A stretch of 25,078 nucleotides of DNA from an uncultured Lachnospiraceae bacterium (GTDB lineage: Bacteria; Bacillota; Clostridia; Lachnospirales; Lachnospiraceae). Each line of letters opens with the position of its first letter. Position 1 is the first letter of the stretch. Both the position numbers and the translations under genes were made by a program. The stretch lies in contig CALZEZ010000001.1 of assembly GCA_945643825.1 (NCBI GenBank), positions 1-25,078 on the forward strand, written 5' to 3'. This document shows, piece by piece, positions 6,637-14,288 of the stretch. The notes under the pieces were generated by a model. That model was not told the DNA's origin. It ran no database searches and was given only the letters and a program-made list of their open reading frames with translations.

Positions 6637-9378
6637 ATGAACTGGAAAGCGAAGAAGAAGGTCACATCACAATGGAAGAAATGGATATATCTGTTATTTG
6701 GGGTTGTTCTTACCAGTGTGATTGTTCTGTTTGTTATTATGGCGGTTTCTCCCTATAAGAATATGTGGTTTGGCAGGAGAGGATGTTCTGTCTGGAATCA
6801 GGGCTGGCTTTATGAGACAACGGATGGACAGTCGGAGAGAATCACCCTGCCGGCGGAAATTGACATGGACGGCAGACAGGAAATACGGATTAACAATGTA
6901 ATACCGACGGTCTATGGGGCGGATCAGACCTTATGCATTCGAAGCTCACAGCAGGATGTTGAGGTCTGGATCGATGGTAAGATGATAGAAACCTACTCAG
7001 ATGAGCATTACCGTGTGATTGGGCAGGCATCGGCAAGTGTATGGCTTTTTGTCGACTTAAAGGAGGAGTATTGCGGAAAAACGATTGAACTGATTTTCCG
7101 TTCTGTGCTGCCGGAGTATGCAGGAATACTGAATGAGGTATACATTGGTGATTCTTTGGGCATCATGTTCTATCTGCTTGGTGAGTATGGTCTGCTTCTC
7201 TATACCGGCCTGATTGTTCTGATTTCCGGTCTGATTTTTCTGGTGCTACATGTTGCGCTTCGCAAAAATGTGTGGCGAAGTCGACAGATGTTTTTTCTTG
7301 CCCTCTTTCTAATCTGCTTTGCCGGGTGGATTTTGTGTGAGAGCAAGATTCGCCAGATTTATGCCGGAAATATGAATTTGCTAAACACTATGTCCTTTTT
7401 CTTCACCATGGTGTTTCCGATACCGATGTGTCTATACATCAACGAGATAGAAGAGCGGCGTTATGAGGAGATCTTCTATGGATTAACCGTTGTTTATGCA
7501 ATTAATTATTTTATAAACCTTGGATTGGTGTTATTTACTTCGACACAGTTAGTTGACACAACGAAACGAACCGTTGTATTGATTGGAGCTGGACTGGTCT
7601 GTATCCTCGTTACGCTGTTTCTTAGCGTAAAAAAAGAAAAACAGAGATTTCTCTCCACGGTTTGTGTCGGCATAACATTACTGCTGGTGTTCTGTGCCAT
7701 TGATCTGCTTAAGTATCTGTTTGTAATTTCCATGGGATTTGGAACCTATAGCTGTATTGGAGTGCTGATCTTTCTGACACTGATTTTTGTCAACACAATG
7801 ATTCAGCTGATGAATGTGGTAAAACAAAGATTTCAGGTGACGATGGAGAACCGTGAGAAGACTCTGTTTCTGCGTAATGTAAGTCGTGAAATTGAGCAGC
7901 CGCTGCAGACGATCCAGCATATGACCAGACGACTTCAACAGAGAAAGCTTCCCGCCGAGGAACTGGCATTTATTGATACCATTCAGGCGGCTTCACTTCA
8001 GATGATGGGAATTCTTTCTGAGATTGAGGATTATTCTGTGACGGAACCGGGTAACCTGACTGTAGATAAAGGCGCCTACCGCTTTGAACGATTTTTCACA
8101 GATATGATGTGTGCTCTGATCTTTGAGGAGCCAAAGAAGATAATCAGAATAACGAGCCAGATCGATAATCAGATTCCGCAGGGACTGATTGGAGATGAAA
8201 TTCACCTCAGACAGTTTTATCTGGAATTCATCAAAAAAGCGATGGCAACGATGCAGGAGGGAATCCTGCGGGTGCGGGTATGGTTTGAGGAGCTTGACGC
8301 GGAGGAGGGCAAGCTTGTGGTTGAGCTTGTTCTTCCCGGTGCGGATGCATGGACCTCAGATGCGAATATCAATCTGTTGCTGGATGCTTTGGAGGGTGAA
8401 CTGGAGTGCTTCCCCGAGTATGGGAAGTGGGAAAGCACAGTGGTTCGCGTCGGTATTCTGCAGGGGATCTACGATGGAAGACCATCGAATTATGGGAAGC
8501 ATGTCAATCTTGATGCTGCGTGGGACAGATCAGCAAATGAAATTCAGCTTCAGAATACCAGGATTTTGTTAGTCGGTGAGAACAGAATTGAACTGGTGAT
8601 TGAAAAATCGGTTTTGGAAGGCTATGGAGCGGAGATTGTCGTTGCAGAGAATGCAAACCAGGCGGTCAGCTTTATGGAAGAACATCGCGATATTGATATG
8701 ATTTTCGTGGAAGTAAATACAGATGGAATGGATGGGATAGAATGTGTTAACAGAATCCGCAGGATTCCGGAGGATTACTATAAGCTTCTTCCAATTATTG
8801 CCGTGAGGAGTGTGCAGGATAAAATTGCCGGAGAGATATATCTGCAGGCAAGTATGAATGCGTGGATAGTCAAGCCCTTCCGGGCGGATCAGCTGGAAAC
8901 TCTTTTGCAGCTGTATATTAAGCAGGAAAAGAAGCGGAGTGTTTCACTGTTAGACAGAATTTCATGGGAAACGGAGGAGAGCAGGCAGAGTGGCTCGAGG
9001 TATGTGGAACTGCTGTCCAGGCTGCGCGGCGTGGATGTGTCAAGTGGCATCAGCTGCTGTGATAATAAGATGACAGTGTATCTGTCTGCCCTTCGTATCT
9101 TTGATAATACGGATTGGAGTTCAAAACTGGATTATCTGATCAAAAAAGAAGATTTGCAGCAGTATGGAATATATGTTTCGCATTTAAAGATTTGTGCAAT
9201 AAATATTGGGGCAGGCGATTTTGCCGAGTGGTCTCGAGTCGTTGAGATTGCGGTGCAGAGGCAGGAGCTTTCCTATGTGAAGGAGTTGCATCAGGAATAT
9301 ATTACCCAGTATAGAGGAATTCATGAAATGATTCATGAAGCCTTGAAGGTGTTTGATGAACCCATGATAATGGAGTAG
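6637..9378 (+). CDS. Hybrid sensor (extracellular domain - multi-TM - HisKA - HATPase - REC - Hpt), predicted pseudokinase, 913 aa
   Basis: The domain order is recognisable from residual motifs (KTLFLRNVSREI, IGDEIHLRQ, MDGIE..IR, KP, LK...NIGA), but the phosphorelay residues are substituted. RBS AGGAG precedes the ATG; the ORF is uninterrupted. Confidence 0.85.
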   Translation: MNWKAKKKVTSQWKKWIYLLFGVVLTSVIVLFVIMAVSPYKNMWFGRRGCSVWNQGWLYETTDGQSERITLPAEIDMDGRQEIRINNVIPTVYGADQTLCIRSSQQDVEVWIDGKMIETYSDEHYRVIGQASASVWLFVDLKEEYCGKTIELIFRSVLPEYAGILNEVYIGDSLGIMFYLLGEYGLLLYTGLIVLISGLIFLVLHVALRKNVWRSRQMFFLALFLICFAGWILCESKIRQIYAGNMNLLNTMSFFFTMVFPIPMCLYINEIEERRYEEIFYGLTVVYAINYFINLGLVLFTSTQLVDTTKRTVVLIGAGLVCILVTLFLSVKKEKQRFLSTVCVGITLLLVFCAIDLLKYLFVISMGFGTYSCIGVLIFLTLIFVNTMIQLMNVVKQRFQVTMENREKTLFLRNVSREIEQPLQTIQHMTRRLQQRKLPAEELAFIDTIQAASLQMMGILSEIEDYSVTEPGNLTVDKGAYRFERFFTDMMCALIFEEPKKIIRITSQIDNQIPQGLIGDEIHLRQFYLEFIKKAMATMQEGILRVRVWFEELDAEEGKLVVELVLPGADAWTSDANINLLLDALEGELECFPEYGKWESTVVRVGILQGIYDGRPSNYGKHVNLDAAWDRSANEIQLQNTRILLVGENRIELVIEKSVLEGYGAEIVVAENANQAVSFMEEHRDIDMIFVEVNTDGMDGIECVNRIRRIPEDYYKLLPIIAVRSVQDKIAGEIYLQASMNAWIVKPFRADQLETLLQLYIKQEKKRSVSLLDRISWETEESRQSGSRYVELLSRLRGVDVSSGISCCDNKMTVYLSALRIFDNTDWSSKLDYLIKKEDLQQYGIYVSHLKICAINIGAGDFAEWSRVVEIAVQRQELSYVKELHQEYITQYRGIHEMIHEALKVFDEPMIME

Positions 9379-9384
9379 ATAGTA

Positions 9385-10512
9385 ATGGAAAATATGGTAA
9401 CCTACGTACGAAAGACACCGGAAACCTTTCAGGCCAAAAGCTGGAATGACGTGGACTGCCTTGTATTATGCCAGCTGGTATATCTGAAATTTGAAGATAT
9501 TCTTCCGGTGACCGAGATAGAGAGTAGCTTCCGGAGAAAAAAGGAACGTGTCACATTGAAATGCCTGGACAATCATCCCGAGAAGGAGAAGCTCTTTCGG
9601 GATGAGAGATATGAGGTCACGAACAGGGCTTTGTGGAACGCTGTGACAGCAAGTCCAAGATTCTCGGCTCTGGAGGTCGACTACGTGGTTGCCAGTCTGG
9701 ACTTGAGTGCAGAAACCCAGTTTTGTGCAGTAACCTTTTTTCTCCCGGATGGCAGAGCCTTTGTTGCATTTCGTGGAACCGATGAGAGTATTGTCGGCTG
9801 GAAGGAGGATTTTAATCTTGCCTTTTCCAAAACAGTTCCGGCGCAGGAAAAAAGCGTGATCTATCTGAACAAGGTCGCTGGAAAGATAAAGGGTGCCATC
9901 CTGACGGGAGGACACTCCAAGGGAGGAAATCTGGCAATTTATGCTGCCATGAATTGTAAACCGAGTGTGCAGAAACGCTTAGAACAGATCTACAGTATGG
10001 ATGGTCCCGGATTCCGTACAGAGATTCTTGAGCAAGGGCATTATGACCGAATTGCTGCACGGGTAAAGAAGATTCTTCCACATTCCTCTCTTGTCGGGAT
10101 GCTGTTTGAAAGAAGCAAGGACTTTGAAGTGATTGAGAGCAGAGCGATTGGTCTTTTGCAGCATGATCCAATGAGCTGGGTAGTAAGAAACGGAGCTTTC
10201 GTGAGGAGTAAGAAGATGGCGGCATCTGCCATGCGCCTTGACGATACCATTAATGACTGGTTGGATACACTAGATGAAGAACATACCAGGGTTTTTGTCA
10301 ATACGATTTTTGAGGTTCTTAACGCAACGGAATCGGATAATCTGATTGATCTGGGAATGGATCGATGGAAGCATATGCAGATGATTTTAAGTGCTATGGC
10401 ACAGTTAGACGACGAGACAAAGGAAGCTGTAAAGAGTGTGTTTCATACATTTTTTGAGCTTAGCAAAGAACACTTGACGCTACCGAAAAAGAATAGGAGG
10501 AAAAACATATGA
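9385..10512 (+). CDS. DUF2974-family alpha/beta hydrolase (lipase/esterase-like), 375 aa
   Basis: FNDVD-like WNDVDCLVLCQLVY, AFRGTDESIVGWKEDFN, nucleophile elbow GHSKGG, DGPG and QHDP. Confidence 0.85.
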   Translation: MENMVTYVRKTPETFQAKSWNDVDCLVLCQLVYLKFEDILPVTEIESSFRRKKERVTLKCLDNHPEKEKLFRDERYEVTNRALWNAVTASPRFSALEVDYVVASLDLSAETQFCAVTFFLPDGRAFVAFRGTDESIVGWKEDFNLAFSKTVPAQEKSVIYLNKVAGKIKGAILTGGHSKGGNLAIYAAMNCKPSVQKRLEQIYSMDGPGFRTEILEQGHYDRIAARVKKILPHSSLVGMLFERSKDFEVIESRAIGLLQHDPMSWVVRNGAFVRSKKMAASAMRLDDTINDWLDTLDEEHTRVFVNTIFEVLNATESDNLIDLGMDRWKHMQMILSAMAQLDDETKEAVKSVFHTFFELSKEHLTLPKKNRRKNI

Positions 10513-11081
10513 TGAAGGAGCTTGTATTAAAAACCAGATCCTACAGACGCTTTGACGAGACGGAAAAAATGGACAGGGAGCAGCTTTTGGAGCTTGTCGA
10601 CCTGGCGAGGATGACAGCGTCTACGTCAAATTCCCAGGCACTCAGGTTCTATATCTCCTGCGATGAGCAGACAAATGCAAAGATTTTTTCAACACTTCAT
10701 TGGGCAGGAGCGCTGCCGGAGTGGGATGGTCCTACGGAAGGAGAGCGACCGACGGGCTACATTGTGATTCTGTGTGACTTAGAGCGTGGAAAGAATAAAA
10801 TGTGGGATGATGGAATCACGGCGCAGACGATGATGCTTGGAGCAGTGGAGAAGGGCTATGGGGGCTGCATGTTTGGAAGCGTCGACCGTTCGAAGCTGTT
10901 GGAGCTTCTTGGACTTTCCCCTGAGAAATATAGTGTGGATCTGGTGCTTGCACTCGGGAAACCGATGGAGGAGGTTCGTATTGTTCCGGTGCCGGAGAAT
11001 GGGGATGTACGCTATTATCGTGATGAGAATCAGGTTCATTATGTACCCAAGAGAGAACTGGAAGATATTGTGCTTCCATAA
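10509..11081 (+). CDS. Nitroreductase-family flavoprotein, 190 aa
   Basis: TRSYRRF FMN-binding start, STSNSQ, D.GITAQTMMLGAVEKGYGGCMFG and LALGKP. ATGA overlap with the upstream stop; RBS AGGAGG. Confidence 0.9.
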   Translation: MMKELVLKTRSYRRFDETEKMDREQLLELVDLARMTASTSNSQALRFYISCDEQTNAKIFSTLHWAGALPEWDGPTEGERPTGYIVILCDLERGKNKMWDDGITAQTMMLGAVEKGYGGCMFGSVDRSKLLELLGLSPEKYSVDLVLALGKPMEEVRIVPVPENGDVRYYRDENQVHYVPKRELEDIVLP

Positions 11082-11104
11082 AAAGAATGAAGGAGGAAAC
11101 AGAA

Positions 11105-11908
11105 ATGGGTTTTGAGAAAAATTTTTCGTTGGAAGGAAAGATAGCGCTGATTACGGGGGCATCGTATGGCATCGGGTTTGCGATAGCAACAGCATATGCA
11201 CAGGCAGGTGCCACGATTTGCTTTAATGATATTAAAAGGGAGCTTGTGGATAAAGGTATTGCAGCTTATAAAGAGCTTGGAATTGAAGCGCACGGATATG
11301 TCTGTGATGTTACTGATGAGAAACAGGTACAGGAGCTGGTAGCAACCATTGAGAGAGAGGTTGGCGTGATTGATATTCTGGTCAATAATGCAGGCATCAT
11401 CAAGAGAATTCCGATGTGTGAGATGACTGCAGAGCAGTTTAGGCAGGTAATTGATGTAGATCTGAATGCACCCTTTATTGTATCGAAGGCTGTCATTCCT
11501 TCCATGATCAAAAAGGGGCATGGTAAGATCATCAACATCTGCTCCATGATGAGTGAGCTTGGACGTGAGACGGTTTCTGCCTATGCAGCTGCAAAGGGTG
11601 GACTTAAGATGCTAACCAGAAATATCTGCTCAGAATATGGTGAGCATAACATTCAGTGTAACGGAATTGGTCCGGGATATATTGCTACACCGCAAACGGC
11701 TCCTCTTCGGGAGATACAGCCGGACGGCAGCAGACATCCGTTTGACCAGTTTATTATTGCCAAGACACCGGCGGCAAGGTGGGGAACACCGGAGGATTTA
11801 CAGGGACCTGCTGTCTTTCTTGCATCTGATGCATCCAATTTCGTAAATGGACATGTTCTGTATGTGGATGGCGGTATTCTGGCATACATAGGCAAACAGC
11901 CACAATAA
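11105..11908 (+). CDS. SDR oxidoreductase, gluconate 5-dehydrogenase / 2-dehydro-3-deoxy-D-gluconate 5-dehydrogenase (KduD/IdnO-like), 267 aa
   Basis: TGASYGIG, NNAG, YAAAK, and SMMSELGRETV..AYAAAKGGLKMLTRN typical of this subfamily. It sits next to eda and kdgK. The exact substrate is not determinable from sequence. Confidence 0.85.
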   Translation: MGFEKNFSLEGKIALITGASYGIGFAIATAYAQAGATICFNDIKRELVDKGIAAYKELGIEAHGYVCDVTDEKQVQELVATIEREVGVIDILVNNAGIIKRIPMCEMTAEQFRQVIDVDLNAPFIVSKAVIPSMIKKGHGKIINICSMMSELGRETVSAYAAAKGGLKMLTRNICSEYGEHNIQCNGIGPGYIATPQTAPLREIQPDGSRHPFDQFIIAKTPAARWGTPEDLQGPAVFLASDASNFVNGHVLYVDGGILAYIGKQPQ

Positions 11909-11970
11909 AATAAATTTTTTTTAGAATACCAGTAGAATTTTTTTGAAAAAAATTGTATGATAGGAATAGA

Positions 11971-11996
11971 TGAAAATGTAAACGCTTACATTTTCA
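11971..11996. promoter_or_regulatory. LacI-family/cre-like palindromic operator upstream of eda-kdgK
   Basis: Perfect 11-bp arms TGAAAATGTAA-ACGC-TTACATTTTCA. The core TGTAAACGCTTACA fits TGWAANCGNTNWCA. It lies just downstream of a TATGAT -10 (11956-11961). Confidence 0.75.
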
Positions 11997-12025
11997 AAAA
12001 CAGGCTGTTTATATGGAGGAAAACT

Positions 12026-12988
12026 ATGAACCCTATCGTAGAAGAAATTAGCAAGATTGGTATCGTTCCTGTGATTGCACTGGATGATGCAAAGGATGCA
12101 AAGCCTTTGGCAGAGGCACTGATGAACGGAGGCCTTCCCTGCGCAGAAGTAACCTTCCGCACAGATGCTGCGGAGGAGTCGATTCGGATTATGACGCAGA
12201 GCTTTCCGGAAATGTTAGTAGGAGCAGGCACTGTTCTTACCACGGAACAGGCAGATCGCGCAGCTGCTGCAGGTGCGAAGTTTATTGTAAGTCCGGGATT
12301 AAATCCCAAGGTGGTGAAGCATTGTATTGAGAAGGGTTATCCGATTCTTCCCGGTACTGCCAATCCCTCAGATGTAGAGCAGGCTATTGAACTTGGTCTG
12401 GACGTGGTAAAATTCTTCCCGGCAGAGCAGAATGGCGGTATTGCAATGATTAAGGCAATGTCTGCCCCTTATACAAAGATGAAGTTTATGCCAACCGGTG
12501 GTGTCAATGCAGATAATTTGAAGGATTATCTGGATTTCAAGAAGATCGTTGCCTGTGGCGGAAGCTGGATGGTGAAGAAGGAGCTTGTGGCAGCCGGTGA
12601 GTTTGATAAGATTGAGCAGCTGACACGTGAAGCGGTTACCAAAATGTTGGGCTTTGAAATCCGTCATGTCGGTATTAATGCTTCAAATGAGGAAGAGGCA
12701 GTTAAGACAGTTGAGCTGTTCGAGAAGATGTTTGGCTTTACGAAGAAGATGGGTAACAGCTCTGTGTTTGCAGGTACGGCTGTAGAGGTGATGAAGACTC
12801 CTTATCTTGGCAGAAACGGACATATCGCCATTGGTACAAACTATATTAAACGCGCGGTATATCATCTGGAGCGTATGGGAGTACAATTTGATTATGACAC
12901 CTGCAAGCCGGATGCGAATGGTGATTATAAAGCAATCTATCTGAAGGATGAGATTTGTGGCTTTGCCGTTCATCTGTTACAGAAATAG
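12026..12988 (+). CDS. eda: KDPG/KHG aldolase with C-terminal VOC-like domain, 320 aa
   Basis: GIVPVI, AEVTFRT, GAGTV, FIVSPG, KFFPA and MPTGGV mark the aldolase, which ends near aa 208. About 112 extra C-terminal residues follow. RBS GGAGG precedes ATG 12026. Confidence 0.92.
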   Translation: MNPIVEEISKIGIVPVIALDDAKDAKPLAEALMNGGLPCAEVTFRTDAAEESIRIMTQSFPEMLVGAGTVLTTEQADRAAAAGAKFIVSPGLNPKVVKHCIEKGYPILPGTANPSDVEQAIELGLDVVKFFPAEQNGGIAMIKAMSAPYTKMKFMPTGGVNADNLKDYLDFKKIVACGGSWMVKKELVAAGEFDKIEQLTREAVTKMLGFEIRHVGINASNEEEAVKTVELFEKMFGFTKKMGNSSVFAGTAVEVMKTPYLGRNGHIAIGTNYIKRAVYHLERMGVQFDYDTCKPDANGDYKAIYLKDEICGFAVHLLQK

Positions 12989-13012
12989 AGAAAAACATAA
13001 GGAGAGAAGAAA

Positions 13013-14110
13013 ATGGATTTAAATTTGAGACCTGCGAGTGAATGCAAATATGATGCGGTATCCCTTGGAGAGGTTATGCTCCGCCTGGATCCGGGTGAGG
13101 GACGTATCCGGACAGCCAGACAGTTTAGAGCCTGGGAGGGCGGCGGAGAGTATAATGTGGTACGCGGACTGCGCAGATGCTTCGGTATGAAGACTGGCGT
13201 GATTACTGCTTTTGCAGATAATGAGATTGGTATGCTGATGGAGGACTTTATCCTGCAGGGAGGCGTTGATACCTCTTTGATTAAATGGGTGAAAACCGAT
13301 GGTATCGGACGAATCTGTCGAAATGGTATCAACTTTACAGAGCGCGGATTCGGTATTCGTGGTGCTGTGGGATGTTCTGATCGTGCCAATACGGCGATTT
13401 CCAAAGCTACGCCTGAGGATTTTGACTTTGATTATATTTTCGGCGAGCTTGGAGCAAGATGGCTTCATACCGGTGGAATTTACGCTGCTTTATCGGAGCA
13501 GTCCTGTAAGACAGTTATTGAGGCAATCAAAACAGCTAAGAAATACGGAACAATCGTATCTTATGACTTGAATTATCGCCCTTCTATGTGGAGCGCTATC
13601 GGTGGACAGGCAAAGGCACAGGAAGTAAATAAAGAGATTGCGAAGTATGTAGATGTCATGATCGGAAACGAGGAAGATTTCACGGCTTGCCTTGGTTTCG
13701 AGATTGAGGGAAATGATGCTAACCTCAAGGAATTGAATCTTGATGGCTACAAGAAGATGATCAATGAAGCAGCTAAGACCTATCCGAACTTCAAGGCGGT
13801 TGCAACGACTCTCCGTGAGGTAAAGACAGCTACCGTGAACGACTGGAGCGCAATCTGCTGGGCAGATGGTGAGATTTATAAGGCCAAGGATTACAAGGGA
13901 CTTGAAATCATGGATCGTGTAGGCGGTGGAGATTCCTTTGCATCCGGTCTGATTTATGGATTGATGACAACGGGAGATGCCGGTATAGCCGTAAATTATG
14001 GAGCAGCTCATGGTGCGTTGGCTATGACGACTCCAGGAGACACCACAATGGCAAGCAAGAAGGAAGTGGAAGCAATCATGGGTGGTGCCGGAGCACGTGT
14101 ACAAAGATAA
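13013..14110 (+). CDS. kdgK: 2-dehydro-3-deoxygluconokinase (PfkB family), 365 aa
   Basis: GEVMLRL, EGGGEYNV, SYDLNYRPSMW, GNEED and the PfkB signature DRVGGGDSFASG. Adjacent to eda. Confidence 0.9.
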   Translation: MDLNLRPASECKYDAVSLGEVMLRLDPGEGRIRTARQFRAWEGGGEYNVVRGLRRCFGMKTGVITAFADNEIGMLMEDFILQGGVDTSLIKWVKTDGIGRICRNGINFTERGFGIRGAVGCSDRANTAISKATPEDFDFDYIFGELGARWLHTGGIYAALSEQSCKTVIEAIKTAKKYGTIVSYDLNYRPSMWSAIGGQAKAQEVNKEIAKYVDVMIGNEEDFTACLGFEIEGNDANLKELNLDGYKKMINEAAKTYPNFKAVATTLREVKTATVNDWSAICWADGEIYKAKDYKGLEIMDRVGGGDSFASGLIYGLMTTGDAGIAVNYGAAHGALAMTTPGDTTMASKKEVEAIMGGAGARVQR

Positions 14111-14131
14111 TAGAAGAAAACAAAGGCTTTT

Positions 14132-14160
14132 GAGGTCGGGGATTTTTCCCCGGCCTTTTT
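14132..14160 (+). terminator. Rho-independent terminator after kdgK
   Basis: GAGGTCGGGGA-TTTT-TCCCCGGCCTT stem (two G-U pairs) running into a T-run. Confidence 0.85.
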
Positions 14161-14224
14161 GGTCGGGCATAGGATATTTTGCAACATAAGTATTATTATG
14201 AAACGAGAAAATTATATCTTTTTC

Positions 14225-14253
14225 TTGCAGGATTATGGATTTTTGAGTACAAT
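14225..14253 (+). promoter_or_regulatory. Probable promoter for the GH10-GH43 operon
   Basis: TTGCAG (14225-14230), 17-nt spacer, TACAAT (14248-14253). Confidence 0.55.
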
Positions 14254-14288
14254 CGATATAGCAAAATTGCAGACAGGAAATGGAGAGC

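Noticed and set aside
6637-9378. Calling the hybrid sensor a pseudogene
   Set aside because: The frame is uninterrupted for 913 codons with a good RBS and retained domain architecture; the loss concerns catalytic residues, not coding integrity.
11957-12025. Longer N-termini given by the ORF track (also starts at 101, 910, 991, 3233, 4542, 11087, 14280, 18994, 22017)
   Set aside because: These extensions run through promoters, operators or upstream genes; downstream ATGs have better RBS placement and match family N-termini.
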